The translations under genes and the position numbers were made by a program. From Tubiluchus corallicola (Eukaryota; Animalia; Priapulida): a DNA stretch of 64,000 nucleotides. Under the pieces are notes generated by a model. It was given only the letters and a program-made list of their open reading frames with translations. It was not told where the DNA came from and ran no database searches. This document shows positions 26,671-40,349 of the stretch, one piece after another. How positions within the stretch are numbered: position 1 is the stretch's first letter; each line of letters begins with the position of its first letter. The DNA lies in contig JAQGDQ010000995.1 of NCBI GenBank assembly GCA_030141605.1, positions 1-64,000 on the forward strand. Reading direction: 5' to 3'.

Positions 26671-27854
26671 AAATAGTCTTTACAAGCAACGTCCATTTGT
26701 AATTAAATTACAAAAGTGAAAGAGAGAAATAAAAAATTTACAGAATGCTGCGCAATTTACAATAAGTGTATTGAATGATCTTTACGACCCCCCAAAATGC
26801 TTAATATATTACGATATGCTTAATAATATACCATTTTGAGTTTATTTACAACCCACCAAAATAATCATAAATAATCACCTGTGAAAAGCCACGACCGGCA
26901 TGGCAAAACTAGTAAAACTCAAGTTAAAAGGCAACACGTTTATCAAACATTAAACACAGTAAATATCATGATCATAAAGGATAGTAATGCCAAGCCTTCT
27001 GCGAATCGGTTCCTAGTTCTCTTCGATCTGCCTAGGTGTCGGGGATGACAAAGCTTTTACTAAACCCTTCATGCACCATGAGCTTCGGCGCATCGATCGC
27101 CTACGTCAGTCGGTCGATTATGAATCACTTGGTCACGTGATACCACACCTTAACTGGGCTTCATGCCAGCATTTCATCAGAATTAATATTTAGCATAATT
27201 TAACACTTTTAACACAATTTAACAGCTCTTCTTTACTCAATGCGTAATAGCGACTGTGCATTAGTGTGTAAACACAGTTTTCAGCGGCAGCAAGTAATGA
27301 ATAATTTTAATCTGTAATTATAACGCCTAATCTTATGAGAACATGGTGTATATTACACTGTTGATAAGTTATCGGGCCCACAGGTATAAAAATAAACAAT
27401 AGGCCAGAAGAAAGTAGGATGCGCGAAAGTGTAATTGTGCTGCGAAGGCTCATTATGCCAGTTCACCGGGGTGTATCAAAGGTCTCTCAATATCATCTCT
27501 GAAACATCACGCTCCACGCATTGACCAATCCGTGCCAGTCCGTCCACACTACGACAGTAATTGCTGGATTGTTTATAGGCTCATGAGTAGAAAGCTTAAA
27601 GTCATTTTTCTTCACTTAGTTGCATCGCAACACATTGTCTATTAGAATATTATTACACCATTTACAACTGTCAATCTAGGATTTTTTAAAAAAGAAAATA
27701 TCAGCTCAGGGAATCCCAAAAAAATAGAATAGTGCTCAAAATTAAAGCCCATCATTTTAACTGCCATGTTTTCCATAGCTTTAGCTTTCACATTCCCACG
27801 CCTACACAAATCTCTCAACCAATGAGAAAAATGGTATTTTACTATCACGCATAT

Positions 27855-28050
27855 TCTGGCCTGCAATGTGGATACGGGTTGTGCTAATCTTCTGAGCACG
27901 TTGTGATGTCCTTTATCTGTTTCGGTTTCAACTTCACGTTTCTGCGTCGTTTGTTGAGAGCACATTCTGCTAAAAATTCCTTGCATCTCAATCGGTCCAC
28001 TTTAGCAAGTCTCTGAGAAGTGGCTTCTATCATCTAATGCATCTCCGTGT
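27855..28050 (-). pseudogene. Polinton/Maverick-type small basic protein relic
   Basis: Frameshifted FLAECALNKRRRNVKLKPKQIK..HHNVLRRLA resembles the conserved Maverick ORF motif C.ECALN...GNV.L...Q..L..HK..LR.LA. Confidence 0.55.
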
Positions 28051-28242
28051 CATTCCTACAGCCACTTCTAGTGTGTTGTTGTTGTTCTTGTTGTTGCTGA
28101 TTATGCTGGCATTGATGGTTCTGCGGCTCACCAGCACGATTTTGCTTTATCTCATTTTTGGGGAAGAAAGGCCAACTGCGGCACTTTGTGTGGAAATATG
28201 GCACTTCTCATGTGAATGCTGTCGTCCATTTTTTGTTGCAAA

Positions 28243-28665
28243 TCAAAAAGCACGTTCCACCTGTATCTTATCTCGCGGATTTTTGAGTAAAACGAAGTAG
28301 TGAGTGTTTAGACTGAGAGTTCTCGTTTCTTTACTCTGCTGAAAAAAATTATATATAACGAAAACCACGAAACAGGGTTTGCAGTGTGCTAGCTTTGTGA
28401 ACATGTCCGTCGTCCATTTCGACGAGGCCAGTTCGGACATCATGCCGTCCACCACCACTAAATCTCCTGCCAGTAATACCTCATTTATGTCATCGCTGTA
28501 CTCTACTTGTTGTAATTGTTTTCAGGTAGCAGAGTTTGCAATATCCACAATTCTCCGGGTTTGATATCAAACAATGAGCTCCGATAGAGGATCAGATTTT
28601 TCACAAAAGTGCTTTTCCCGGCACAAACTGGGTCCGGCCATCAACATGGTGCTACCGAGTTAAGT
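28243..28665 (-). pseudogene. Polinton/Maverick A32-like (FtsK-HerA) DNA packaging ATPase relic
   Basis: Walker A STMLMAGPSLC/GKSTFVKNLI (+1 frameshift near 28620); degenerate Walker B VVDGMMSE; DMFTKLAH and FFQQSKETRTLSLNTHYFVLLKNPRD typical of Maverick ATPase. Confidence 0.8.
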
Positions 28666-29089
28666 CGGGTTAAGCGGACGTTCTCATGTCATAAAATGAT
28701 GGTTTAGTAGTAACGGTGCTTGCTTGTAGAAAAGCGATCTGTCTGCATGGTTACAACAGAGATGATAGCTACGTTCCAGCGATGATACTTACCTGTTGCT
28801 GATTATATTTTCCTGACGCTGATGATACATAACTTATTAAAGATTAAACTTACCGTCGATGATATCTGCTGCTGATGATACTTACCCGTATTTACCTGAC
28901 GTTGATGATACTGTCGTTGGTGCTTCCATGCTGTAACTACGAAATTGGCGATCCTTACCTTTTGACGAGTGCAGGAGCTTGAAGGCTACTCTATTTTGGC
29001 GTCATATAATTGGAGGACGTCACCAGGAGTCGTCGTAGTTATGAGACGTCGTTAACATAATCAGATCCATGAAGAGGTAGTATAATCAA

Positions 29090-29365
29090 CCGTTCTATTG
29101 CTAAATCATTCCATAATTTTGGTGCTGTTACGCTAAAACTGTGAAAACCATGTTTGACTAGATTATAAGTGTCGATGAATTACTTAGTCTAAGATTGCGA
29201 TTGGGCACGTATGGTTTCAAAAAATCAGATATAAAGGAGGGCGCTAAATCGTTCAGTGCTTTGAATGTTAATAAGAGAATTTTGTGTTTTATTCTGAAAG
29301 AAACGGGCAACCAGTGTAACTGCAGGAGAACAGGAGTTATGTGATCATATTTTCGAGAACCTGTG
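29090..29365 (-). mobile_element. LINE (CR1/L2-like) ORF2 C-terminal fragment
   Basis: RKYDHITPVLLQLHWLPVSFRIKHKILLLTFKAL..LAPSFI..YVPNRNLR and SFSVTAPKLWNDL. Confidence 0.85.
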
Positions 29366-29379
29366 TTGCAACGCGGTGT

Positions 29380-29870
29380 TACTAAGGTTTCTCCTTCCCA
29401 AGAAAATGTACAAATTTTATTTCATCCCTACAAGCTTCGAGTACAGACATATTTGATGATGAAACATTACAAGTAAATGTGAGATGACACAAAGTCCTCA
29501 AAAAAGCTGTTCAACAATCCCTGTACTCCTCCACCAAAGCTTGGCAAAGTATAACAGACTGTAATATGTGTCAAGGCGTGGTCTGATTACCATGACGCCA
29601 CTGTTGAAATGCAGGCCAGCCAATATTAGGAAAGGCTGAAAATTCTTGTTTCAGAAACAACTCATCAGTATTTTGCAGGACAAGGGGATGTGCACCCATG
29701 AAAATGCATTTAGAGTAACGTGTCAAATCCCAACAATGAAGCTTGGTGTATGTTGCTCTCAACTCGGGACGTCCTGTATATAGTGCCTCTAAACTATCAC
29801 AGGTTTCTTCAACAAGCTCGTCGTCATCAGAATTTGCATCCTAATTTTCGACGAGAGCTGCGCTGTTACC
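29380..29870 (-). pseudogene. GYG: Glycogenin (GT8) processed pseudogene
   Basis: RPELRATYTKLHCWDLTRYSKCIF..VLQNTDELF..FSAFPNIGWP, SFGGGVQGLLNSF, IKFVHFLGKEKP* follow the glycogenin motif order without introns; DxD and DGGDQG degenerate; frameshifts. Confidence 0.85.
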
Positions 29871-30059
29871 ATGACAACTATGCTACGTTTTTGTTTTACG
29901 CAAAGAATAAGCTAAGACAATAGTACTTTGAGCACAGAAGACACTAGTTGCAAGAGTCAATAGCCTTCATTTGGGGTTAGTAAATTACCCATTGTCTGTT
30001 GCGTTTTTACCAATGATATTGCTTCGGAAATTGAACCTTCGCTAGTTTCTCAAATAGAG

Positions 30060-30490
30060 TAAACTGCAGCTTCAGCACTCGTTGCTTTGAGCTTCATCCC
30101 CAGAACTATGCGTTCTTCTTGCTGCTCTAATTGTTGTTGTAGCAGTTCCATTTCTTTTTGTCTTTGTCCAAGCTCTTGCTTTTGCGCGAAAGCATCCCTT
30201 TCTACTAGCAAAGGAGCTTTTCTAGCCTCTGCTGCTACATTTTTTGACCAAACAGGAGATACAGCAGATGCTTTGGAAAATCCTTTATAAGATTTAGATA
30301 TTGAAGCTTGTTCTTCGTGGACTTCTTCACGGGTGGCCGAATAGCCTGGCTCAACAGGTAAAATTCCAATAATATTCTCTTTTATTCTATCAATAAGCTC
30401 GGCCCATATAATGACCCAGATACCTCTAACCCTTTCTCTTTGAACGTTTTCTTCAATTGCTCAACAGTGCAATTTTCTATGACAGGCATT
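30060..30490 (-). mobile_element. Possible BEL/Pao gag N-terminal relic with SAP-like motif
   Basis: TVEQLKKTFKEKGLEVSG (SAP-like) followed by Ser/Ala-rich and coiled-coil AAEARKAPLL..QKQEL..ELLQQQLEQQEERI; no intact ORF. Confidence 0.3.
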
Positions 30491-33400
30491 ATAAAAGAAT
30501 TAGCATAAACTATGATAAAATCAATATTAAACAGCGCTGTACATATTCAACTATGTAATAGCTATGCAACAATGTATACATAAAAACAAACACAGAATTA
30601 TCATTATTATTATAATTATTCTATTATCAAACTTGTAATACAGCTCTGCATTTTTACCTGCAGTCAGAAAAAGGTCATTTTTTATATTAAAAAATAGCAA
30701 CAAGTAAACTTTTCATAATTCGCCTTGCAGCCTGGTTGCTTCAGCTAGGTAAGGCAGGTAAGCTGATTATCTGTACAGTCTGGTTTCCTGTGATGTGTGA
30801 AACTAGGTCGCCTGCCTCAAGGTGGCAGAATGACTCCTCGCTTTCAAGGGACACAATTCTTTGCATTTGGCACTAGTTTCTTTTTCGTAAACAACTTATT
30901 TGTGGGTCTTTTCCACCCAATAGCAATTCGTATCTCATCATACTGAACATGCACTATATAATGTTTTCACTTCGTTCATGGCTCTGCCTTATGTCCATTA
31001 AATATTTTTCCTTTCTTCAGCTTCAGTGTTCTTTCAAAGATTTTGCCAGCACTAATTGCAAATTTGCACAGAGACTCTTGTGGATGCGCCGTACATTCTC
31101 CTCTTCAAGAAAACATGTTTTCGAGTTCAGTGCATCACTTCTAAAGCATGTTGGTTGTTGTGCATTATAAACAATTGCTGCACTCTTTAACTCAATTACG
31201 TCTATAACTATAACATAAACCCACTCTTTGCCCTATCGACAACAGCATTTTACAGCAAGTATTCTGCTGTTTGTCATGATAACGCATCTCATTATCCCAG
31301 CCTCCAAAGCTGGAGATTGAGGGACTTTGACTTGGTGCCACAGGTTTCGATTTTCAGAGAAGCTTAAGATTTCAAAGCTTTTTTGTTTACAGATCAAAGC
31401 TTCTGGCTTGAATGCAGACGCTAATTTTATAAATGGCAGCTCAATTTACAAACACGACTAGCTCTTCTCAACAACAAAAGCTTAATCCAGGTCTAAGCCG
31501 ATTAACTCTAAGATAATTTGCTCAAATCCTAGAAAACAGGCAGCTAGTCACTTCCCGAGAAATTATGTGAATCATAGTTTACAGGATGAAGGGCATAAAT
31601 CCTAATAGCCAGGCGCCAATCATTCATCCAGAATTTATCCCTCTGGCAGCCAATGTGGGAATATTTGTAAACATCTAAGGATGATGACAGAAAGCTTCCC
31701 GCCTTAAAAAATAAAATTTCTAAAAATAAATGCAGGTAGAAATAAGTGAGTATTAACTAGACACGTCAAAAACACATTTATTTCATAATCTCCGGCAGCA
31801 AGATAATAAAATAAAAATTTGTTCATCTGACATTCCCTGCTGCTGTGTGGCAATTAATACGAGATCTGAAACTTCGCACAAAGTTTAACAAATACGTCAG
31901 AATTATTGTCAAAAAGTTTTAAAAGTTGCTCTTTACTGGTGTTATCATGTGGCTCTCGTTTGTTTCCTCAAACTGCTATCTCGAAAATATAAGCAACTTC
32001 TGTTGCGCTTCTACGAATCAACAAAGCGCTAAATTGTTTTGTTGACATTATAAGGTGTGTTGCTTCTTTAATCTTTGGTTGTTAAGCAGCTTATAAGATT
32101 AAGTTACAAGATTAACATCAGTCCACTAATAATGACATTCTTAGGGCAACAGTGGCCACTATTCGGTCAAGTATTCAAGGCAGGAAAATTTACCCTTTCT
32201 GAGGATTTTAAACAAGTTAATTTTTTACCTGCAAATTGGACAAAATTAAATGCATGACGAGATAGAAAGAGAGAAAGAGGAGAGCGGGGGGAGGGCAAAA
32301 GAGAGAGACAAAAACGCTAGTGTATCTGTGCTTAGGGTTGGGATAATGACATTTAAGGATAGTTCCGGCTGATATCAGTGTTTGGAATCTACAACTTGAA
32401 GAAAGACACTAATCCCTCTCTAGCTGAGTGCATAATTGTTCTGCAAAAGCTAATTTCCTAAAAGACACAAAGCTTGCGAGTGTTCACCGTGGGAAAACCT
32501 AATCCCTGAAAGACAGATAGGGCTTATTTTTTCTAGCTGGGTTTTATAAATGACAGAAAATTTGCAAACACTCGCTGTGATAAAAGCTAATCTGAGCTTA
32601 AAGCTGATTTTCTTTACGATAATTGACTTTAATTTGAAAAATAGGCAGCAGACGTTATTACACTAAACCGCCGTCTTTTAAAGCAAAGCGACCTGTATGG
32701 GAACCGATAAAACTGTTGTAGCGGGATTCTTCCCTGTTATGTTGTTTGAATGTCATACTGATTTACAGCGATCGTTTTTATATTGCTTTTAAAACAAGAA
32801 ATCTTACATTTTCCGTGTAAGACTGGTAAACAATTTTGACTAAGAAAGGTAAATCAGTAATTTTGCAGGGAAAGGTGATTTCCAGCACAATAAACAAACT
32901 AAACCTCCACAGCTATGAACGCGACACATCTGCATACTAATATGCCACAGATAAGCAGGTCAGTTTTATAGTTTTCTTGATAACTGTGAGGTGATTTCTA
33001 ATTATACCAGTCATAATTTTACCTTAGTACATTGTTCTCATAAAAAACTAATTACTGTACGTAAACGATATCAAGAAAAATGAGTCCCAATCCTCAGGAT
33101 TATGGTATCTGGAATTGCCACAAAGAGAAATGTTAAAATCGCCCCAAACAGCCGTTTGATGCAATTGAACTGAAATTAAAAATAAGTATTGTTGATCTAC
33201 TTGCACTAGCTTTGTTAATCTTCTAAAAATTAATTTTAGTTTGTCTTAAAGAAAATGTCCAAATTTCTTGCTATTTCGTTTAAAACACGCTATACCTGGT
33301 AAAGCATTCCTTGATAATGATGCATTGTCTGTAAGTGTTTAGGAGAAATATCTTTGCAATATATTGTGCGCTAATCTAAGCAACAACTTCTTCTATTAGT

Positions 33401-35851
33401 CTTTTTTATATACGGATTACACTTTAATAAGAAAAGCTTCTGTGCGCTCAGACGTTGTTATTTAAGAGTTACTGCTGCAATGTTTCCTGTATGTCTTTAT
33501 GGACTAATTATAATAATGGTGCGATAAATAGACTGGGTATTCCATTACAACAATGGTATGAGAAAACTGCTTCGCTTAAAGTACGGTTGCAGTACTTCTG
33601 GCATGTGTATAAACCTTTTTCTACCACATTTTAGTCACATTAGCAGAATATCATGTAATAAAGTTCGAAATACGTTACTATTGCACACTGACAATAGTAT
33701 TTTAACTGCTATTATTAACTCATATAGACTTCTCAAATACCTTAATTCACTATATATGTATAGTACGACACAATGGTACTTCTAAACAAGCTAAATATGT
33801 ACATAAATAATTGTTGTGATTTTCCTGAATGCCTATGTGTACAGCAAAAGAAAGTGAGTTTGTGTGAGTTTATAGCTGCTGTTTATTGTTGTCTAATGTT
33901 AGTGTAGGTGTATGGCTCGTGATGCTTTGCGTTGTAAACTACCGAGAGGGCATGCCAATCTTTATTTACAAAATTGCACATTTGTTAAATATTAATAATA
34001 ATAATTTTTATTAAATAGAATATACAAGTACAAATAGCGAGGAACACAAACTAGCTCTGAGACTCTGGATCATCTGCCCTTGTCTTCCCTGAGTTGCCAG
34101 CATCAACTCCTTTTGTTTAATATCATCATGCGCACAGAATCAGATCTATAATCACGACGTATCGTATAAGTAGGTCAGACATAAGCTGGTCATAGAGTGA
34201 TGCCTCCTTGGTTTCTTGGCTTCTCGGCTGAGGCAATAATTTAGTGTTTAATCATCAATTTCATATGCATTCGCTTTACTAGTATTTAGATATAAGAAAA
34301 CTATTTTGCATTACTGTTGGGTAATATTGATGGCCGGTAATACAACTTGCTTTTCATTTTACTAAAAGTTTTTTAACATGCACACGAATTGTATTTTAGT
34401 GACGTCACTTATGTAGCAGTAAGTAACATGCCTTTTAATGGCCTAACTTATTATATCTACCCTGAAATATATAACGTTATTATAATTTTATTGGTTAATA
34501 AATTACATACTTACATACATATTTGCGCATTCTTTATTCATATAAAGGCAAATAGACACAGGAAATTGTGGGCTCATTCAATGACTACTCGGTGATTACT
34601 GATTAGGCAATTTTATATGTGGTGACGTTTACGTGCCTCGAGTAAATTTTTTGGTTATAGTCCAAAAGTTTTGATGAACTGCAGCATCATTGGGCAGTAG
34701 ATTACTTGTTTCTACATCAAGTACAGAAAACACACTACATCAGAGAGCAAATCTTTGGGGTCCTCATACTGCTCTATGTAAATTTACGTGGTATGTTTTA
34801 TAACTTAGTCTATGTAATATTGAAATTCACTCGTGCAGCTGCTGTAATATGCAGCCATACATTACCTAAGAACAAAAACTGCATGGAAAATGAACAACTG
34901 GAAGCACCTATCCACTTAGAAAACTCGAAATTCAAGTACAAATGTTGACACGCGCAAAAAGTAGTATGTTGAATAGAGTATATATTCTCTTTTATCAATT
35001 ATAATTTGTTAAATCATCAAAGAGCTTTAATTTCAAGTGTTTATGTGTAGTGTACGGAACACTTGCTAACCGTGTTGTACAAGACATGTAAGACGCATCA
35101 ATTATCAATTGTATAAAACCATTATGTAAATTTAATTCACTCATTCATGTAGTTCTATAACAATACACAGTACTTTGATTTTTATCAAGATATCAAACGT
35201 GATTTGCTGCTTTTGTTTAAGACTGTTGAGCCTGTTTAGTTTCATACATACATACAACTTTAATACAGGAAATCTGCACAGTTGACAAAATAATTCATGA
35301 GTCTGATGTTTATTTTAGCTTAGTTATGAGTAAACATTTCTCGGTTACAGAGTTGCTTATTCGCTCTTGCGAATTCTCTGTACTTGACGTTTCCTGAAAA
35401 ACGGATTTACTGCTGAGCCAAATAACTAGTCATGATTGATAAATCTACCTCAAATATCGCGCGTCAACTTTTGCAATATCGCGCAGCTTGTTGTTCGTTA
35501 TAACAGCCTTAATGCGTCTTCTATTTGCGCTTAAGTTTTACTTGGTATATGATATGGGAAACTAGCCACATGTTTACGGTTGCATTTTAATTCTTTTGCG
35601 TACCCTCAGTTTGACCTGTTTATCAGGGAGTGTGAGCACTATTTGTCCGGGTTTGAATAAATGTGTGAAACTGACTCAGAACGGTGGTAATTACGGAAAA
35701 CATAATAGTTTCTGCAGCTTCAAACTTTTGCACATAACATTAGATTATCATATACATGTTTTGTTTTTCAAAGTTCGGAATAGTTTATTAATGTGAGCGT
35801 TACATTACCCAAACAAGATTGGTAAACAAACTGCCGAGTGAACAATAATAG

Positions 35852-36830
35852 ATGGCTACCATGTTTCGTATAAGACATTGTAAATTTTTATTCACTCCAG
35901 GGAATTTTTATTGTATTATTAAATTCGTGTCAGCGATAGTTGCAATTAGAGCAGCCATTTTCTGTCTAAATGTTGACTGGAATCCAATAAAACCTTTAGC
36001 ACCTTACAATTCTGATTAAATCTTATTATTACAATATGGCGGAACAACATTTGACAATAGATCACTTGTTGATCACATAAGAAATCATTGGTTGATTGGA
36101 CCTCCTGCAGAACCTTCATCTCGTGTTGTGACAGATACATCTATGCACAACATGTCATCTGTGGTTGATAAATTGCTAAATAAACTGAAAGGTGGATTTT
36201 TTGTTGAATGTGGCGCAGCTGATGGAAGACAATCTAATTCTCTTTTATTTGAAAGAAATCGCGGCTGGACTGGTCTTCTAATTGAACCAAACCCAAAATT
36301 ATTCAAAAAATTGTTGAAAAAAAAGCGCAATGCATATTTCATAAACGCTTGTCTAAGTCCAAATAAAAAGTCAGATAAACTGAGTTTTACAGCAGCTGGT
36401 TTAGTTGGGGGCTTGTCAAACCCGATGGATCCAAATCGAGATAAACGAATCAAGAGATGGTTTAGAGGTTTTGCAGAAATAGAAACTGTTCAATGTTTCC
36501 CACTTTACTCTATAATGCTAGCACTTGGTAAAAACCACATTGACTACTTCTCTTTGGACATCGAAGGTGATGAGCTTTTAATATTAGAAACTATACCTTT
36601 TGATGAACTTACCATAGATATATTGACAATAGAGTACGCTTCATCGACTGAGACTGACCGAGACATAAAATGGACCTTGAAAAGATTAAGCAGCCTTCGA
36701 AATTTTATGAAAAAAAACAGGATTTTATGAGGAAGTGGCAATCTTACCACCTGGTGATGAGAAACACGATGGACATGATTTAATATTTCTGCGTAAAGAT
36801 GCTATGAGTAAACTGCGGAAAGACATATGA
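35852..36830 (+). pseudogene. Intronless Star/FkbM-family (Methyltransf_21) methyltransferase, disrupted
   Basis: GGFFVECGAADG..SNSLLFERNRGWTGLLIEPNP, NACLS, VQCFPLYSIMLALG..IDYFSLDIEGDE..IEY. In-frame ATG at 35852 with a hydrophobic segment but TAA at 36017-36019; an A8 run at 36710-36717 shifts the C-terminus (TGFYEEV..DLIFLRK..TGA 36830) out of frame. Confidence 0.85.
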
Positions 36831-36874
36831 TAGCTGGGTTTATTATTTTTTGGTTTTGTCATCATTTTATTCAG

Positions 36875-37805
36875 TTTTCATCACTATTATTCCCATCATC
36901 ACTATCGCCATCATGTTTTCGTCGGCCTGTAGTAGCTATAAAATCCTTAACTTGATCATGTTTAACATTGACATCTTCATCATCAATACAATGGTCATGT
37001 TTCAATATTTGTCTACTTCAAAAAGGCAAGAATTTCTGTACTATAAATCTTATTTAAATAAGTAGGACTACTATACTTGTATAATTGTTCAGCGTACTCA
37101 ATTGTTAAGCTTCATACATCTGACACAATGCATAGTGTTGCAGGTACAAATAGTTTGGTCCATTACCCCTTCCCAAGGTAGTATATGCATTGGAAGCCAC
37201 AATATGTTAGACTGTAGTTCAACAAGCTAGACTCCTTTTTTTAACTCTGACATTGCATAGGTGGGACTTGTTATGTACACACGTCTCTGTTACTTTTAAA
37301 GTTTGACTTATAATTATACTGCTAAATTTTACTGACATTCTGGCTTTTTCTCGACTCAATATTGGACCAACAATGTATGTATGCATTTTAGCTTTTTAGT
37401 GTAACGTAGTAATCTGTAGCACTTATTTTCTAGCACTTATTTCAGTAGTTTTGTAGATGTAGTAATTGTAGACTACAGAAAATTTGTATTTTGCAGAATA
37501 AACTAACGTGCATATTTACATAGTTTCTATTCAGCTGTCATCACTATTATAGCCATCATCACTATCATCATCGCCATGATCGTCGCCCTGTAGCACCAGG
37601 AAAATCATTAACCTGGTCATGCACATCATTGACATCTTGATCATCAACACAATGGCCATGTTGCGATATTTAGCTACTTCAAAAAAGGGAAAAATTTCTG
37701 TACTATAAGTCTTACTTAAATAAGTAGGCCTGCAGAAGGAGATACTTGTGTACATGTACAGCGTATTCAAATCTTAAGCTTCATACAAAAGATACAATGC
37801 ATAGT
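36875..37805 (+). repeat. Diverged direct duplication of ~265 bp (36875-37135 and 37538-37805)
   Basis: Shared TCATCACTATTAT..CCATCATCACTATC, ATTGACATCTT, CTACTTCAAAAAGG, CTGTACTATAA, TAAATAAGTAGG, CAGCGTA, ACAATGCATAGT. Confidence 0.8.
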
Positions 37806-38084
37806 TTCCACGGCACATTTCACACAAACGACTCATGAGGAATTTGCAGCGTGACTTTCCTCTTAAGAAATTCTTCTGCCAGTTAGAAACAACCTATGCG
37901 TCTTCTCTCTCTGAAAAAATTGCTCCTTAACAGAAATGCTGCATCTTCCCATTTTTCTTTAAAATTTTATTGTTTATTTACTTCTGAAGGTATTTCAAGA
38001 ACTGCGTTCTTCATTCGAAGAGTACACTGTAAAGAATTTTTCTCGACGATTTTTGCCGTGTTCTCGGTGTGGAGGAGGCCTTAG

Positions 38085-38230
38085 TGTGACAGCAAACATT
38101 TTGCAAATACATGAGACTTGTATGGGAATTACGCTGACATACAGCAGGAATAGCAATGGTACAAGCATTATTCCTTGTGGCACTCCACTGACGATCATCT
38201 GACAAAAAGTTAAACAATCCAAGCATGTAT
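38085..38230 (-). mobile_element. LINE (CR1-like) RT fragment
   Basis: SGVPQGIMLVPLLFLLYV..CKMFA, i.e. degenerate GVPQGS.LGP.LF.LY..FADD. Confidence 0.75.
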
Positions 38231-40349
38231 ATAACAACGTGTGCAATATTTCAAAAAAAATCAATGCATAAACCTTGTGTGTGACCACGGTCCAGAAATT
38301 AACACCAGCATAACTGTTCTGTATGGGGCGAGATTCAGAACTGGTGAGGTACAACGTGACGCCGGAGTTTGTTGTAATTCTCATGGTTCAAGTGGCAAGG
38401 TGTGAGAACATAGGTTACGTATTAAGTCTTTTTATTGTAATTCAGGCTGGGTAGTAAAGGAGAGGCACTGAGATGGCAAGGAAGATGACTAAGCATCTTA
38501 TATTCAAATTTATATATTAAATTTATTTATATTACTCGCCAATAATATAAATAAATTTAAGAAATTTTTGAAAAAAATTAACTTGGAATTTTACTCGAAA
38601 AAGTGTGACATGATAAATTGAATAACATGCCAATATGTTTTATCATAATTATATACTTCAACTACACTAATTAATAGTTCATCTTTTTACCTGCACTTTT
38701 GATTTACTTGCTCATATTTGTGCGTTTTTAATGTACTAAGTGCGTATTCTGTATTTTTAGTTGTAATTTTACATTATACACGTAGTCACTTATTTTATGT
38801 TTTTAATGGACATATAAGTCACTTTGTCTTCTGGTAATTATCAATGTGGTCTGTCTATTATAAATAATAAATGTTCATAAATAAATAATAAATAAAAATA
38901 GGTGTATCATATAGCTTGCACTCGCCTTATCTGTGGGAAAGTGTGATACTAATGTTAGTAACCATTTTCTCTGTGACCCCAATATTGCTGATCACTGAAA
39001 TACTAAAAATTGAGAAATGACATAGATGACTAGCATTTATTTACATATTATGATCAAACAACCCAAAATTTAATAGTATAATAATCGTCTACGATACGTT
39101 AATCTGAAAGAATCAATACCAGCAATAACCAAACTTACATGACGAAAACAAAAAGTACATAGAAATAAATAAAAATACCAATGAAATACCGATGAAAGAT
39201 GTCATTACGTACAAAGTTCTAGTTAACAAATATCAATGAAAGCTGGTTAGGATGGTCCGCAAATAGAAATCAATGAACAATTAGTATTCAAGCGTCACGA
39301 GGAACTTGCAAAACCTTTAAGAAAATATCAGAAAGACCTAAGACTCAATCAGCCAATCAGTAATGACTTGAAGCCAATAAACCCAACTACTAAAATGTAC
39401 GTAAAACTATTTTAGGAGGCGGCAACAAAAAATGTTAAGGACCGTGTCAGTAGTAAAGTTCCATATTTTCAATGTAGCAGGGCCCTGTGTTTGGCAAAAT
39501 GAGGAAGAGAGAGGAATGTAGAGAAGACATAGATGGTTAAACTGAAGTTAAGTCGATGTTAAAGACCATTTCTGAAAAGATAGACTGAAATCACAATTAG
39601 CAGCAGCATGCAATTTCCGATATGAAGAAAAAGATAATCGAAATTCCATCCAATCAGCATGGCATTTTTGACAGACTAGATAGATAATGTAGTTTGTGAA
39701 CAACTGAGTGTCGAAAATACAGCAAGGAGAAAACAGTTTCTGTGCTAGAAATTTAAAGGTTAAACAAGATGACTTTGGCCAAAATGAGAGGTGACTGCCT
39801 AGTATTCACTGGATTGTCGTCACTTAGAATGAGGATACGACAAATATTGTGGAGAAAATTGTCTTTCATGCAGCGCAAAGGCACACGCCCAATCTTCTCT
39901 GTCGCGGGTATGCGTCTCGCCGAGGTCACCTTTTTTCGAGCTGAAACCGCTGGAACTTAATATTCGGGCTTTCCTTCGTCTCGTACGTGTGTTGAAAAAA
40001 AATCGTGCTACTTTTGTGCGCGATGAAAAAGTTTTGCCGTAGCGGTGCGCGAACCCGGGGTCCCCCATCAAAGTACGGGCGTGTCAGCAGACGAACGCAA
40101 TTTATTAAGGATAGTCAATAGTTTTAACTTTTCGTACGCTTAGTAGATGCATTGAATACGTGTTTATATGGTAATTCTCACAGTAATTAAGCTTGTTTCT
40201 CGATTTTTCACACTTTGTGCCTTGCAAAACTCATTCAACTAGTCAGAATGCAATGTTTTAATTCAGTTAATGTCTGTAATTTTTTGAATGCATAATTGAA
40301 CGTGTATAAACTACTTTTCACAAGTCTCTGGTGTTATGCACTGTCGCTT

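Noticed and set aside
30500-35800. Short ORFs in the long AT-rich interval
   Set aside because: No motifs or consistent splice structure; compatible with random ORFs in intergenic DNA.
40035-40100. tRNA-derived SINE head (GGGTTCG on minus strand)
   Set aside because: Only a partial B-box; single copy in the window; no A-box or tail.
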